A DNA stretch of 63,830 nucleotides, the filler included, from Folioceros fuciformis (Eukaryota): the NCBI GenBank assembly GCA_049999805.1. It is 15 parts of 15 records of this genome, joined end to end, with 100 filler letters (N's around TTAATTAATTAA, not from the genome) between each part and the next. Parts side by side here need not be neighbours in the genome. Positions count along the whole stretch, not along the records: positions 33,947 to 36,448 come from JBNGIO010000234.1; positions 36,549 to 39,114 come from JBNGIO010000235.1; positions 39,215 to 42,670 come from JBNGIO010000236.1; positions 42,771 to 45,458 come from JBNGIO010000237.1; 11 more parts are not named here. One strand, 5' to 3'. This document shows, piece by piece, positions 35,888-45,558 of the stretch. A program made the position numbers and the translations under genes. The notes beneath the pieces are model-generated. The model made no database searches and had not been told where the DNA came from. It saw only the letters and a list, made by a program, of their open reading frames with translations. The stretch's first letter is position 1; every line of letters starts with the position of its first letter.

Positions 35888-36548
35888 TTTTGACTCCAAA
35901 ATTTGACAATATCAAACAAGTTTGGCTACGACATTGAACAAGGACTACTCTTTTGATCGGTTGCCAAGTCTGTGTAATGTGTAGTTTTAAAACTTTGAAA
36001 TATGTTTAGTGGAAGGCCACAACTTTCTAGTTGTTCAACTAGATTGGCTCCATGCTCTTTTAATTGTCTCTACTACCAAAAGAATCAATCACTACGATTG
36101 TAAGTATCTGCGAGTATTTGTGTGACGCAGGCTTGTTTAGTCAACCCTCAACCGAGTTGAGACGCATTCGGAGAAGGGCCAGCAGCGACTGGAATGCCAG
36201 TTGAATAGCCTGCTGCAGACCGTCAATCAATTGGGACCAACATTGGGCAATGCAGTGACTAGGGAACCCACTCCCCTACGACCCGCAGCGCCACAACCCC
36301 CACCTAGCTCGGAACTGAATCCAAGAGAAATCGCCATTCCTGCCCAAGAGCCAGTTCAGGTCAGTAAAGAATGCACTCCATCAGTTGGTCATGTGACAAC
36401 ACCAAATGGCGAGGGGGAGGAGACCCTACGGAAAATGACAGTGGACCTNNNNNNNNNNNNNNNNNNNNNNNNNNNNNNNNNNNNNNNNNNNNTTAATTAA
36501 TTAANNNNNNNNNNNNNNNNNNNNNNNNNNNNNNNNNNNNNNNNNNNN

Positions 36549-37229
36549 GGCGCCCTGGAGGGGCGTTCTCACACCTGCAGCATTTGAAGGAAATTGTGCA
36601 GTATTTGACTGATTATTGACCAGAAAGCCAGGTTCCAATCCTACTTGTTTTGTTGCAATTTCTCCAGCAATTTGAGAGGGACAGCCGCAGGGTGAGGCGC
36701 CCGGACATGAGGATGTTGCCTGGCGTCTCCGATTTGGCTTGGATTGTCGTACAGAAGGAGAAATTGTCAGCAGATCTTCATCGCTTTCTCCCCATGCATC
36801 TAAATTTGGTGTTGGTTCTTGTGCAGGTCCTTCCCGCGTGGTCGTGCATCGTCCTTCACGTGCTCGTGGAGAGCTTGCACGACATGCCGAACTCAAGCTG
36901 GATTGAGAGACGAGGAGATCTTCGGTTCCATTTCTCCTCCTTCGAACATTTGATCTTCTCTGTTGCCGACTAGAGAAAGATCTAGAGTGGCTTGACGTCA
37001 ATTCGATGTTGCCAGGGTGTTGAGCTTCCGATGGTGTCCAGCCTTGTTCTAGCAACGTTTGGAAGAGATTGTCCAGCCAGCCGTCGCGGAGAGAACGTTG
37101 TGGTGTGAGTGAGGAAGATCGTGCAATCCTCCTTTCATTGCTGCAGCGATTTGAGCGTCCACGGGCTCGATCTCGATCTTCAACACTTCGTCTTGCTAAA
37201 GATTGAAAGCGGCGATAATTCCTTGCCAT
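36549..37229 (-). CDS. Arg/Ser-rich ORF downstream of the PBS, no gag motif visible, cut by the gap
   Basis: ATG GCA start, open for about 227 codons up to the gap. Confidence 0.45.
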
Positions 37230-37756
37230 TTTGCAATTGAGGATCTAGTGTAGAGGGGAAGACTAGCAAGGGATGACTTGAGTAGAAAGTGATATAAGGA
37301 AAGGAAGCTTTTAGGGCTCCTTGTTCCCAACTTTCCCTTATAAAAGCCATTTGCCTATACCCCTCTAGATCCCATTCAAAAGAGATAGGAGGGTAGTCAT
37401 ATAAACAAACGAGAACTTGTTTCTAACGTTTGCATATTGACTAAACATTAATTCACACATCTAAATGTATGAACTAATCCATGATCTAAACATTATGCCT
37501 AGAACCATGGAGATGAATCTAGAGCCTAACGCTCTGATACCAAGTTGGAAGACTACATGCGGAAGCGTGTCTTCAATACAAAAGATAAATTCAGAATGAT
37601 AAAAATACAAACAGTTGTCTTTTTATAGGGTTCACCCCAAAGGGTGTGACCTTTTGTTAGCCTAGCTAGCTAACCTAACTCTTAGGTAGATAAGCTAAGA
37701 TAACCTATGGTTAAATAACTCTAGTGGACTGGTACTCCTTCTAGTCTCCTTATACA
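36549..37756 (-). mobile_element. 5' end of a short-LTR retrotransposon nested in a copia RT
   Basis: LTR about 37543-37756 with TATA (CCTATAAAAAG on minus), PBS 37531-37542, ORF from 37229. The outer LTR edge abuts the QLDVETTFLHG codons of the host element. Confidence 0.75.
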
Positions 37757-38800
37757 TCAACTAGACGTGGAGACGACCTTTCTACATGGGATTTTAAAGA
37801 AGGATATCTACGTACAACAGCCTCTTGGGTATGAAGTTTCTGGATAAGGTTTCTGGACAGGAGTCCAAGGTGTGCAAACTTAAGAAAACCCTTTATGGTC
37901 TCAAACAATCTCCAAGAGGCTGGTATGAACGCTTCCAAACATATTTGCTCAAACTTGGCTATGTGAAAAGTTTTGTAGATGCCAGTGTGTTCATAAGAAA
38001 AAAAGGTCAGCTGCTACTCATGATGGGTCTCTATGGTGATGACTTGATCATGGTTTCCAATGATGAGAAGTACTTACTTGAATGCAAGTTGGCTCTTAGG
38101 CAAGAGTTCAAAATGACTAATAATGGTAGCATATAAATATCTCGTAAGAGCCATATGTATCTCATATATATCTCATATAGCCATATATATCTCCAACATA
38201 TAGATATCCTCTTAGATATCTTCAGGGGACGAAAACCCATGGGATTCAGTATAAAAGAGATTCTAATGCTTAGACTAAGTTGATTGGTTGGATTGATGCC
38301 GATTGGGCTGAAGATCTGGACACTCGGAAATCCACCAGAGGCTATGTTTTCATGCTTGCAGGTGGCGCAGTTAGTTGGAAATTGAAAAAGCAATCCTCGA
38401 TTGCTCTTAGCTCAGCTGAATCAAAATACATTGCTACTGCCTCTGCAGCAAAAGAAGGATTATAGATCATCCAACTACTTCAAGATCTTGGATATCCACA
38501 CAAGGGACCTCTTGGGCTCATGTGTGACAACCAAGCTACCATTGCTCTCTCACAAGATCTTCGATTCCACGAATGATCCAAGCATATCGAATTGTGTTAT
38601 CACTTTTTGTGGTTGAAGGTGAAATTAGGCGAATTACTCCTAACCTACGTTCCAACTGAAGATCAGCTTGCAGACATCATGACCAAGCCTCTCGGGAAAA
38701 TTAAACATGATGGTTTCTGCTCCTTGTTAGGACTGATAGATTTAGCTTTACCATAGATTTTGATCGTTTCGCTTCAAGAGGGGTGTGAGAAAGCGATCAT
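37757..38800 (+). mobile_element. Degenerate Ty1/copia RT-RNase H fragment with PPT
   Basis: KLKKTLYGLKQSPRGWY, LYGDDLI, DADWAEDLDTRKST; several stops and an internal deletion; PPT AAGAGGGG near 38776-38783. Confidence 0.88.
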
Positions 38801-38923
38801 TTATAAAGCTCTACACTTTGAACAAACACCAAATTGAACATTCACGTCTCTCTCTCTGTCCATTTATATCCCTTTGTGTCTAGGCCCTTATGATGCCTTG
38901 GACACTCTCACTTTCTCCGTGTC

Positions 38924-39114
38924 AAAAATCACACGAAGCACGGAGAATGAGGACGAGTTAAAAATCACACAAAGCACGGAGAATGAGGACGAGTTAAAAA
39001 TCACACAAAGCACGGAGAATGAGGACGAGTTAAAAATCACACAAAGCACGGAGAATGAGGACGAGTTAAAAATCACACAAAGCACGGAGAATGAGGACGA
39101 GTTAAAAATCACAC
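38924..39114. repeat. Minisatellite, 36-bp unit AAAAATCACACAAAGCACGGAGAATGAGGACGAGTT, more than 5 copies, running into the gap
   Basis: Head-to-tail near-identical units without spacers. Confidence 0.95.
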
Positions 39115-39214
39115 NNNNNNNNNNNNNNNNNNNNNNNNNNNNNNNNNNNNNNNNNNNNTTAATTAATTAANNNNNNNNNNNNNNNNNNNNNNNNNNNNNN
39201 NNNNNNNNNNNNNN

Positions 39215-42200
39215 TCATGTATATAGAAGGATGTGTGAATCGTGAAGAAGCGAAGATGTTGCTTGATCTAGCAGCAACACATAATTTCATTTCTCCTGGC
39301 AGAGCAAGTAAGCTTGGTTTGACATGGGCTAGTATTTCAGAGCCATGTACAGTGAAACAAGCAAAAGGAAAGCTGCAGTTCTTAGGACAGTTAGAAAAAG
39401 TTCCTTTGCAGATAGGCAATTGGACAGGACAAGCAAGCTTCACAGTTGTAGATATGGATGATCATGAAATCATCTTGGGCTTAGAATGGATGAAGGCCAA
39501 TAAGGTATGTGTAGACGTGGACTCACGCACCATACAGATCGTAGGAGATGAAAAGCACAAAGTGAGTTGTGCAGTCCTTGAGCATCAGCTTGGGCACAAG
39601 ATTGATGAGGTCATCTCTAAGAAAGAGGTCAAGCGTTGTGTCAAAAATGGAGAGGAACTCTATTTGTTGGTGTTGCAAGGACTAGAAGATGGTCTTGAGA
39701 TGGAATCTCAGAAGCAACCAAAGATTCCAAAGGAGATACAGGATGTCTTAGATGAGTTTAAAGACTTGATGCCTCCTAAGTTACCTCCTTTACCTCAACG
39801 GAGAGTTGTAGATCATGAAATTGATCTAAAGCCAGGAAGTGTACCGCCATCAAGAGCGCCATATAGATTGTCGCTAGATGAGCTTCAAGAATTGAAGAGA
39901 CAAATGTCTAACTTGTTAGCCAAGGGCTATGTTAGAGTCTCAAAATCCCCATTTGGTGCGCCAGTATTGTTTACGCGAAAGAAGAATGGAGGATTAAGGT
40001 TATGCTTGGATTACAGAGCACTCAACCAGATAACAGTCAAAAATTCCTATCCTTTGCCAAGGATGGATGATATGTTTGACAGGTTGAAAGGTGCTAAGTA
40101 TTTTACCAGACTGGATTTGATGGCTGGTTATTACCAGATTCGCATCGCAGAAGGACATGAATACAAAACTGCTTGTAGGACAAGGTATGGATCTTTTGAA
40201 TTTCTAGTCATGCCATTTGGACTCACTAATGCACCAACCACATTTCAGACTCTCATGAATAGTATATTCAGAGATCTGTTGGATGAGTGTGTTGTGATCT
40301 ATTTGGATGACATTTTGATATTCAGTTCTACCTTCGAGGAGCATGTCCAACACTTGAGGAAAGTGTTGGAAAGGTTAAGGGCAAATTCTTTGTTCTTAGC
40401 TATAACAAAGTGTGACTTTGTTAAGGAAGAAATAGACTTCCTTGGATTCATTGTCTCTGCTGATGGAATTAGGACGGATCCTGATAAGGTAAAAGCCATA
40501 CAGAGTTGGCTGCCGCCAAGCAATGTGCATGAAGTGCGTATGTTTTTAGGATTGGCTAGCGTGTACAGAAGATTTGTACCAATGTTTGCCAAAATTGCTG
40601 CCCCATTAACTGATCTCTTGAAGAAGGTGAAGACATGGAAGTGGGATGAAGAATGTCAAAGGGCATTCGAGTTTCTCAAGTTGAAACTCAGCACTACCCT
40701 AGTACTAGCAATCTATGATCCAAAGAAATATATAGAAGTGTATACTGATGCGTCAGATACAGCTATTGGAGGAGTGCTTATGCAAGAAGGTAGGCCAGTG
40801 GCTTACGAATCAAGAAAGTTGCATGAACATGAGAGGAAATACCCCACATATGAGAAGGAGATGACAGCCGTCATCAATTGTCTCAAGATTTGGAGACACT
40901 ATCTTCTTGGAAGATCTTTTGTGCTGTACACAGATAATGTAAGTACAAGCTTCTTTTCTAATCAGCTGCGACTAAATGCTAGACAAGCAAGATGGCAAGA
41001 TTTCCTAGCGATGTATGATGTGGAGATTAAGTACAAGCCAGGGAAGGAAAATCTCGTGGCAGATGCTCTTAGTCGCAAGCAGGAGTTGAGTTTAATGTCT
41101 GTTTTTAAGCTGAAGAATCCTAAACTAGCTACAACGCGGATGGTGATTGAGCCAAGGGACACTCACACGCAGATTAAAGAGGCTTATCTGCGCGATCCAT
41201 TAGTGCAAGATTGGATCAACAAGATGGAGCAACCGGGGTCTAAGTTTAAGCTTAGAAATGGCTTGTTAATGTTCAAGCAAAACAGGATTGTGATTCCTGA
41301 TTCTCAAGAGTTGAGAAAAAAGTTGCTTGCAGAATGTCACGATGTGCTAAGTGCTGGTCATCGGGGAATTGACACAACTTATGAGAAGTTGAAGAAGCTG
41401 TTTTACTGGCCTGGAATGTACAAACATACTGTAGAGTATGTGAAGTCTTGTGTAGACTGTCAGCAGGATAAAGTAGAGCAGACAAATCCACGAGGTTTGT
41501 TGCAACCCCTGCCTATTCCAAGTGGGCCTTGGAAGAGTATATCAATGGATTTTGTTATGCCATTGCCACCCAGTAATGGATACACAGCTATCATGACAGT
41601 TGTTGATAGGTTCAGCAAGCAAGCACACTTTATCCCCACGAAGAAGCAAGTGAAGGCTTTAGAAGTTGCTCAATTATTTAAGAAGCATATCTATGTGTTA
41701 CATGGATTGCCTATGCAAATTGTGAGTGATAGAGATCCCAGATTCACAGCGGAAATTTGGCAACAGCTTATGAAGAGCTTGGGAGTGCAACTATGTCTAA
41801 GTACAGCATATCACCCTGATACAGATGGATCTATAGAAAGAGTAAACAGAATCCAAGAGGAATACTTACGACACTATGTACAAATGGACCAGAGGAACTG
41901 GAGTAATCATCTTGAGGATGCAGAGTTTTGTTATAACAATACTGTACATAGCTCCACAGGCTATACACCTTTTCAGATGACAGGTAACGAAGCAATGGAC
42001 GCAGTTTCCATGTTGAATGCTGACGTGTTTGAGACAGCAACAAGAGAACCACGTGAATTTATTGAGCAGTTAAGCGCCAGGCATGAAATTGCTAAGAGGA
42101 TTTTGGCCAAAGCTCAAGACAGGCAAAAGAAGTTTGCTGATAGGCACAGGAAAGAGGCAGAATTTCAAGTGGGTGACAAGGTTTGGGTAAAGTTGAAACA

Positions 42201-42670
42201 CTTCCCAGTACCTCAAGGATTGTCCCCAAAGTTAAGGCCTAAGTATGGAGGTCCTTTCGTAGTTCTAAAGCGCATTGGGAATGTGGCTTACAAACTACAA
42301 CTGCCTAATTGGATCTTCTCTCATGATGTGTTTCATGTCTCTTTGCTGAAACCGTTTGTGATTTTGAAAGAGAATGAAGACATGAATAGGAAAGACTATG
42401 TTATCCTGGTTCAATATAACCATAGTCTGCAAGAGATTGTTGAATTTCTAGCAGAAAGAGAAGTGCCTTATGTCCGTGGTAATGTTCTAGAGTATCTAGT
42501 AAGACTTCGTGATTTTGCAGATCTTGTCTGGGTTTCACTTCAAGATGTGCAACAAGGATCATGGATGATCTCACGTTATACTGCAGGTCATTGAGGACAA
42601 TGACATCTTCCTAGTGGGGGAGAGAGTAATGGCATAAGTGAAACAAGGTGAAAGTTAAAAGTAGAAAGGT
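39215..42670 (+). mobile_element. Ty3/gypsy chromovirus, 3' portion with PPT (42613-42626) and start of the 3' LTR
   Basis: RT-RH-INT order; PPT AGTGGGGGAGAGAG shortly after the pol stop. Confidence 0.9.
39217..42594 (+). CDS. Ty3/gypsy pol (PR-RT-RH-INT-chromodomain), chromovirus, Galadriel-like
   Basis: 1125-aa open frame: LRLCLDYRALN, MPFGLTNAP, YLDD, YTDAS, EKEMTAVINCLKIWRHYLLG, HHCC integrase, SMDF/SDRD, GPF motif, C-terminal EFLAER...EYLVRLRDF...VW. Confidence 0.93.
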   Translation: MYIEGCVNREEAKMLLDLAATHNFISPGRASKLGLTWASISEPCTVKQAKGKLQFLGQLEKVPLQIGNWTGQASFTVVDMDDHEIILGLEWMKANKVCVDVDSRTIQIVGDEKHKVSCAVLEHQLGHKIDEVISKKEVKRCVKNGEELYLLVLQGLEDGLEMESQKQPKIPKEIQDVLDEFKDLMPPKLPPLPQRRVVDHEIDLKPGSVPPSRAPYRLSLDELQELKRQMSNLLAKGYVRVSKSPFGAPVLFTRKKNGGLRLCLDYRALNQITVKNSYPLPRMDDMFDRLKGAKYFTRLDLMAGYYQIRIAEGHEYKTACRTRYGSFEFLVMPFGLTNAPTTFQTLMNSIFRDLLDECVVIYLDDILIFSSTFEEHVQHLRKVLERLRANSLFLAITKCDFVKEEIDFLGFIVSADGIRTDPDKVKAIQSWLPPSNVHEVRMFLGLASVYRRFVPMFAKIAAPLTDLLKKVKTWKWDEECQRAFEFLKLKLSTTLVLAIYDPKKYIEVYTDASDTAIGGVLMQEGRPVAYESRKLHEHERKYPTYEKEMTAVINCLKIWRHYLLGRSFVLYTDNVSTSFFSNQLRLNARQARWQDFLAMYDVEIKYKPGKENLVADALSRKQELSLMSVFKLKNPKLATTRMVIEPRDTHTQIKEAYLRDPLVQDWINKMEQPGSKFKLRNGLLMFKQNRIVIPDSQELRKKLLAECHDVLSAGHRGIDTTYEKLKKLFYWPGMYKHTVEYVKSCVDCQQDKVEQTNPRGLLQPLPIPSGPWKSISMDFVMPLPPSNGYTAIMTVVDRFSKQAHFIPTKKQVKALEVAQLFKKHIYVLHGLPMQIVSDRDPRFTAEIWQQLMKSLGVQLCLSTAYHPDTDGSIERVNRIQEEYLRHYVQMDQRNWSNHLEDAEFCYNNTVHSSTGYTPFQMTGNEAMDAVSMLNADVFETATREPREFIEQLSARHEIAKRILAKAQDRQKKFADRHRKEAEFQVGDKVWVKLKHFPVPQGLSPKLRPKYGGPFVVLKRIGNVAYKLQLPNWIFSHDVFHVSLLKPFVILKENEDMNRKDYVILVQYNHSLQEIVEFLAEREVPYVRGNVLEYLVRLRDFADLVWVSLQDVQQGSWMISRYTAGH

Positions 42671-43113
42671 NNNNNNNNNNNNNNNNNNNNNNNNNNNNNN
42701 NNNNNNNNNNNNNNTTAATTAATTAANNNNNNNNNNNNNNNNNNNNNNNNNNNNNNNNNNNNNNNNNNNNTATTATCAAGAAGAAGTAAGTTAATTAAGA
42801 AACCAACTAGACTTAAACTAGCTGTTGAAAGGACATGACCTTTAGCTAGAGACACAACCCTAGCGAAGCGACAAGTAGCTAAAATGAAAACCATATCCCT
42901 ATTCACACTAGCTACATATGAAACGAAACCCTAAGCAATGATTCAATACACTATCTTCCATTACTCCCACTTATTGATCATTGCGAAAAAGGACTGTCTT
43001 AAGTTCGCCGAGGGGAACGTGTTCTAGCTGCCTCAGCCATGGACTCGAGGTCTGCTGCGTTACTCCCCATCGCCTTTGTACAGACATGAGTAGCTGGAGC
43101 ACAACGGGGCGTA

Positions 43114-43707
43114 ATGGAATCAGGCGCTTCGAGTTCCCTCTTTAAAGCGCGCGTACAAGAACCAGTGGAGTGCGCCCTCTTCACAGTTTCCGATCTAAAC
43201 AGACTGTTGGCCTTTGCCATCCTGTGCACTGCTGCGACTTCAGGTGCGCTGGTCTTTGGCATCATGTCTTCAAGAAGCAGCGGTGTCGGTGGCAGAGATA
43301 ACAAGAGACTGCGGGAGTCACCGCGGGAGGAACGACCTGCGATGATTGACCCATCGCCCCTCTGTGCTGTAGAGAGGGCGAAGAAACCAGAGGGCTGGCC
43401 TACGCAGGCAGATCGCAATCTCTTGGTTCACCTGGCTAACACGAAGAGGAAGTGTGAGGAAGTCGAAGAACTACTGAAGATGACGCGCAGCAAAGTCCTG
43501 GAGCTGCGAGATATGATGGCAAACGTGCCCCTAAGGAGTCCTCGAATGTTTCCTTTAGAAGTCGATGAGGTCAGGCAGCTGGTGAGGGAGCTCGTCAAAT
43601 TTGGATTTGTGGGATCTGACAGTGATGATCTGGGAATCGGCACCACCTACGATCCCTTCCCTCCCGAGAGAACTCGTAAGTCCCTCGAAATTGCTGCTGT
43701 TTGCTAA
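43114..43707 (+). CDS. Antisense accessory ORF of Copia-D (up to 197 aa), unknown function
   Basis: Open frame between the pol stop and the PPT on the opposite strand; helical segment KRKCEEVEELLKMTRSKVLELRDMM. Confidence 0.55.
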   Translation: MESGASSSLFKARVQEPVECALFTVSDLNRLLAFAILCTAATSGALVFGIMSSRSSGVGGRDNKRLRESPREERPAMIDPSPLCAVERAKKPEGWPTQADRNLLVHLANTKRKCEEVEELLKMTRSKVLELRDMMANVPLRSPRMFPLEVDEVRQLVRELVKFGFVGSDSDDLGIGTTYDPFPPERTRKSLEIAAVC

Positions 43708-43895
43708 TTTCGGTAACCTGTAGGAGCTGCTCACGATTACATATAGCTGTAAGCTTCATCCACTGAACAGTTCCTTCATGTCTGATTTTTTACGGCTAGC
43801 CCTGTGATTTCTGATGGGCACAACCCGAGCTCCAGCAGTAGATGAATTTTGTAAGGGTCTGGAGACTCTTGTGCTCCCACTCATTAGGCATTAGG

Positions 43896-45458
43896 CTAAG
43901 CTGATGTAGATAGGGTTTCTGGACTGCTCTCGGAGCTGCCCATACCTAAACTTCTCATGTGCCTCACATGTATATCCCTAGTGAGGGATTTAGTAAAGAT
44001 GTCAGCGGGGTTGTCTGCAGTTGGCACGTACTCCAACGCTATCTGGTCAGATTTCACAAGGTCTCTGATGAAATGATATTCCACCTCCACATGCTTCGTG
44101 CGAGAGTGGAAAACAGGGTTCTGTGCTAAATTCATCGAGCCCTGGTTGTCAGTCTTTATGGTTGTGCAGGTAGGGAGTGGCAAACCAAGTTCCTTGAAGA
44201 CTGATCTGCACCAAGCAATTTCCTTTGCTGCGGCGGTAAGCACTCGATACTCTGCCTCCGTGCTTGATGTAGCAACTGTTGGTTGCTTTTTACTGTACCA
44301 GCAGATAGGACCTCCTGCAATCATCACCACGTACCCAGACACTGACCGCCTGGTATCCACATCTCCAGCGTAATCAGAGTCAGTGTACACATCAAGTTGT
44401 AGAGATGACCCAGGTACATATCTAAAATTGATTCCCACATCTGCTGTGCCTTTGAGATACCTAACAACCCGTTTAACCCTTGTCCAGTGCAACTGTCCAG
44501 GGTTTTCCAGGTACTGTGAAAGCACGCTGGTGGCGAACGTTATGTCAGGTCTGGTAGTATTGGCTGCGTAAATAAGCTTACCAACACCCTTCCTGTAAGG
44601 GACTGCTGCCATCTGATCCTTTTCTTTCTGTGTTTCAGGACACATAGACTTGCTGTACTTGAGTCCAGATGGTAACGGAGTGGCAGCTGGCTTAGCATCC
44701 TTTAAGCCAAGCTGTTCAGCACACTCAAGCAGATACCTAGGCTGAGTAAGTGAAATAGATTTCTGTTTCCTGTCACGTTTGATTAGCACTCCTAAACAGC
44801 TCTCAAGTGCTCCAAGATTTGTCATTTCAAACTTGGAGGCTAACAACTTGTTGATCTTTGTGATGAATGTAGGGCTGTTACAGGAGAGAATCAAGTCGTC
44901 AACATAAACTGCAAGGTAGCACACCACACCTCCGGATCTGTACACGTACAGGCTGTTGTCAGAGATACATTTAATGAAACCTAAAGCACGCAGTTCTTCA
45001 TCAAGGACTGCGTTCCATTCCAGAGCTGATTGCTTCAGCCCATACAAGGTTTTCTTGAGAAGTAAGACATGGTCTTCTTTTCCCTTTACTTCATAGCCTG
45101 TAGGTTGTTGCATATAGATTTCAGTGTCTAGTTTCCCATGTAGAAAAGCTGTTTTGACGTCAAACATGTCTAACTCATGATCATGGTATGCTGCTAGGGC
45201 ACAGATAATGCGGAAAGTAGCAAGCTTCATGACTGGAGTGTATGTTTCGAAATAGTCAAGTCCTGGCACTTGTGAAAACCCACGAGCAACAAGCCGTGAC
45301 TTGTATCGATCAAATGAGCCATCAGCTTTGACTTTCAGCTTGAAGACCCATTTGCAGGATACAACTTTTCGTCCAGGAGGTAACTTTGCAAGCTCCCATG
45401 TGCCATTTTTGATTAAGGAATCATACTCAGATTGGATAGCTTTTCTCCATTCAGCAGC
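43896..45458 (-). CDS. Copia-D RT-RNase H, 5' end cut by the gap
   Basis: YVDD, YTDSDYAGD, TDNQGS, RTKHVEV, ADIFTK; open frame. Confidence 0.9.
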   Translation of the reverse strand, partial: AAEWRKAIQSEYDSLIKNGTWELAKLPPGRKVVSCKWVFKLKVKADGSFDRYKSRLVARGFSQVPGLDYFETYTPVMKLATFRIICALAAYHDHELDMFDVKTAFLHGKLDTEIYMQQPTGYEVKGKEDHVLLLKKTLYGLKQSALEWNAVLDEELRALGFIKCISDNSLYVYRSGGVVCYLAVYVDDLILSCNSPTFITKINKLLASKFEMTNLGALESCLGVLIKRDRKQKSISLTQPRYLLECAEQLGLKDAKPAATPLPSGLKYSKSMCPETQKEKDQMAAVPYRKGVGKLIYAANTTRPDITFATSVLSQYLENPGQLHWTRVKRVVRYLKGTADVGINFRYVPGSSLQLDVYTDSDYAGDVDTRRSVSGYVVMIAGGPICWYSKKQPTVATSSTEAEYRVLTAAAKEIAWCRSVFKELGLPLPTCTTIKTDNQGSMNLAQNPVFHSRTKHVEVEYHFIRDLVKSDQIALEYVPTADNPADIFTKSLTRDIHVRHMRSLGMGSSESSPETLSTSA

Positions 45459-45558
45459 NNNNNNNNNNNNNNNNNNNNNNNNNNNNNNNNNNNNNNNNNN
45501 NNTTAATTAATTAANNNNNNNNNNNNNNNNNNNNNNNNNNNNNNNNNNNNNNNNNNNN

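Larger units (their letters stand above)
42771..45458 (-). mobile_element. Ty1/copia 3' portion (Copia-D, close relative of Copia-C) with an antisense ORF before the 3' LTR
   Basis: RT nearly identical to Copia-C (FDVKTAFLHGKLDTEIYMQQP-GYEVKGKEDHVL); PPT AAGTGGGAG 42964-42972; LTR part 42771 to about 42963. Confidence 0.92.

Noticed and set aside
38924-39114. 36-bp repeats resembling a CRISPR array or a repeat protein (KITQSTENEDEL)
   Set aside because: No unique spacers, no cas genes, eukaryotic context; the frame is open only because 36 is a multiple of 3.
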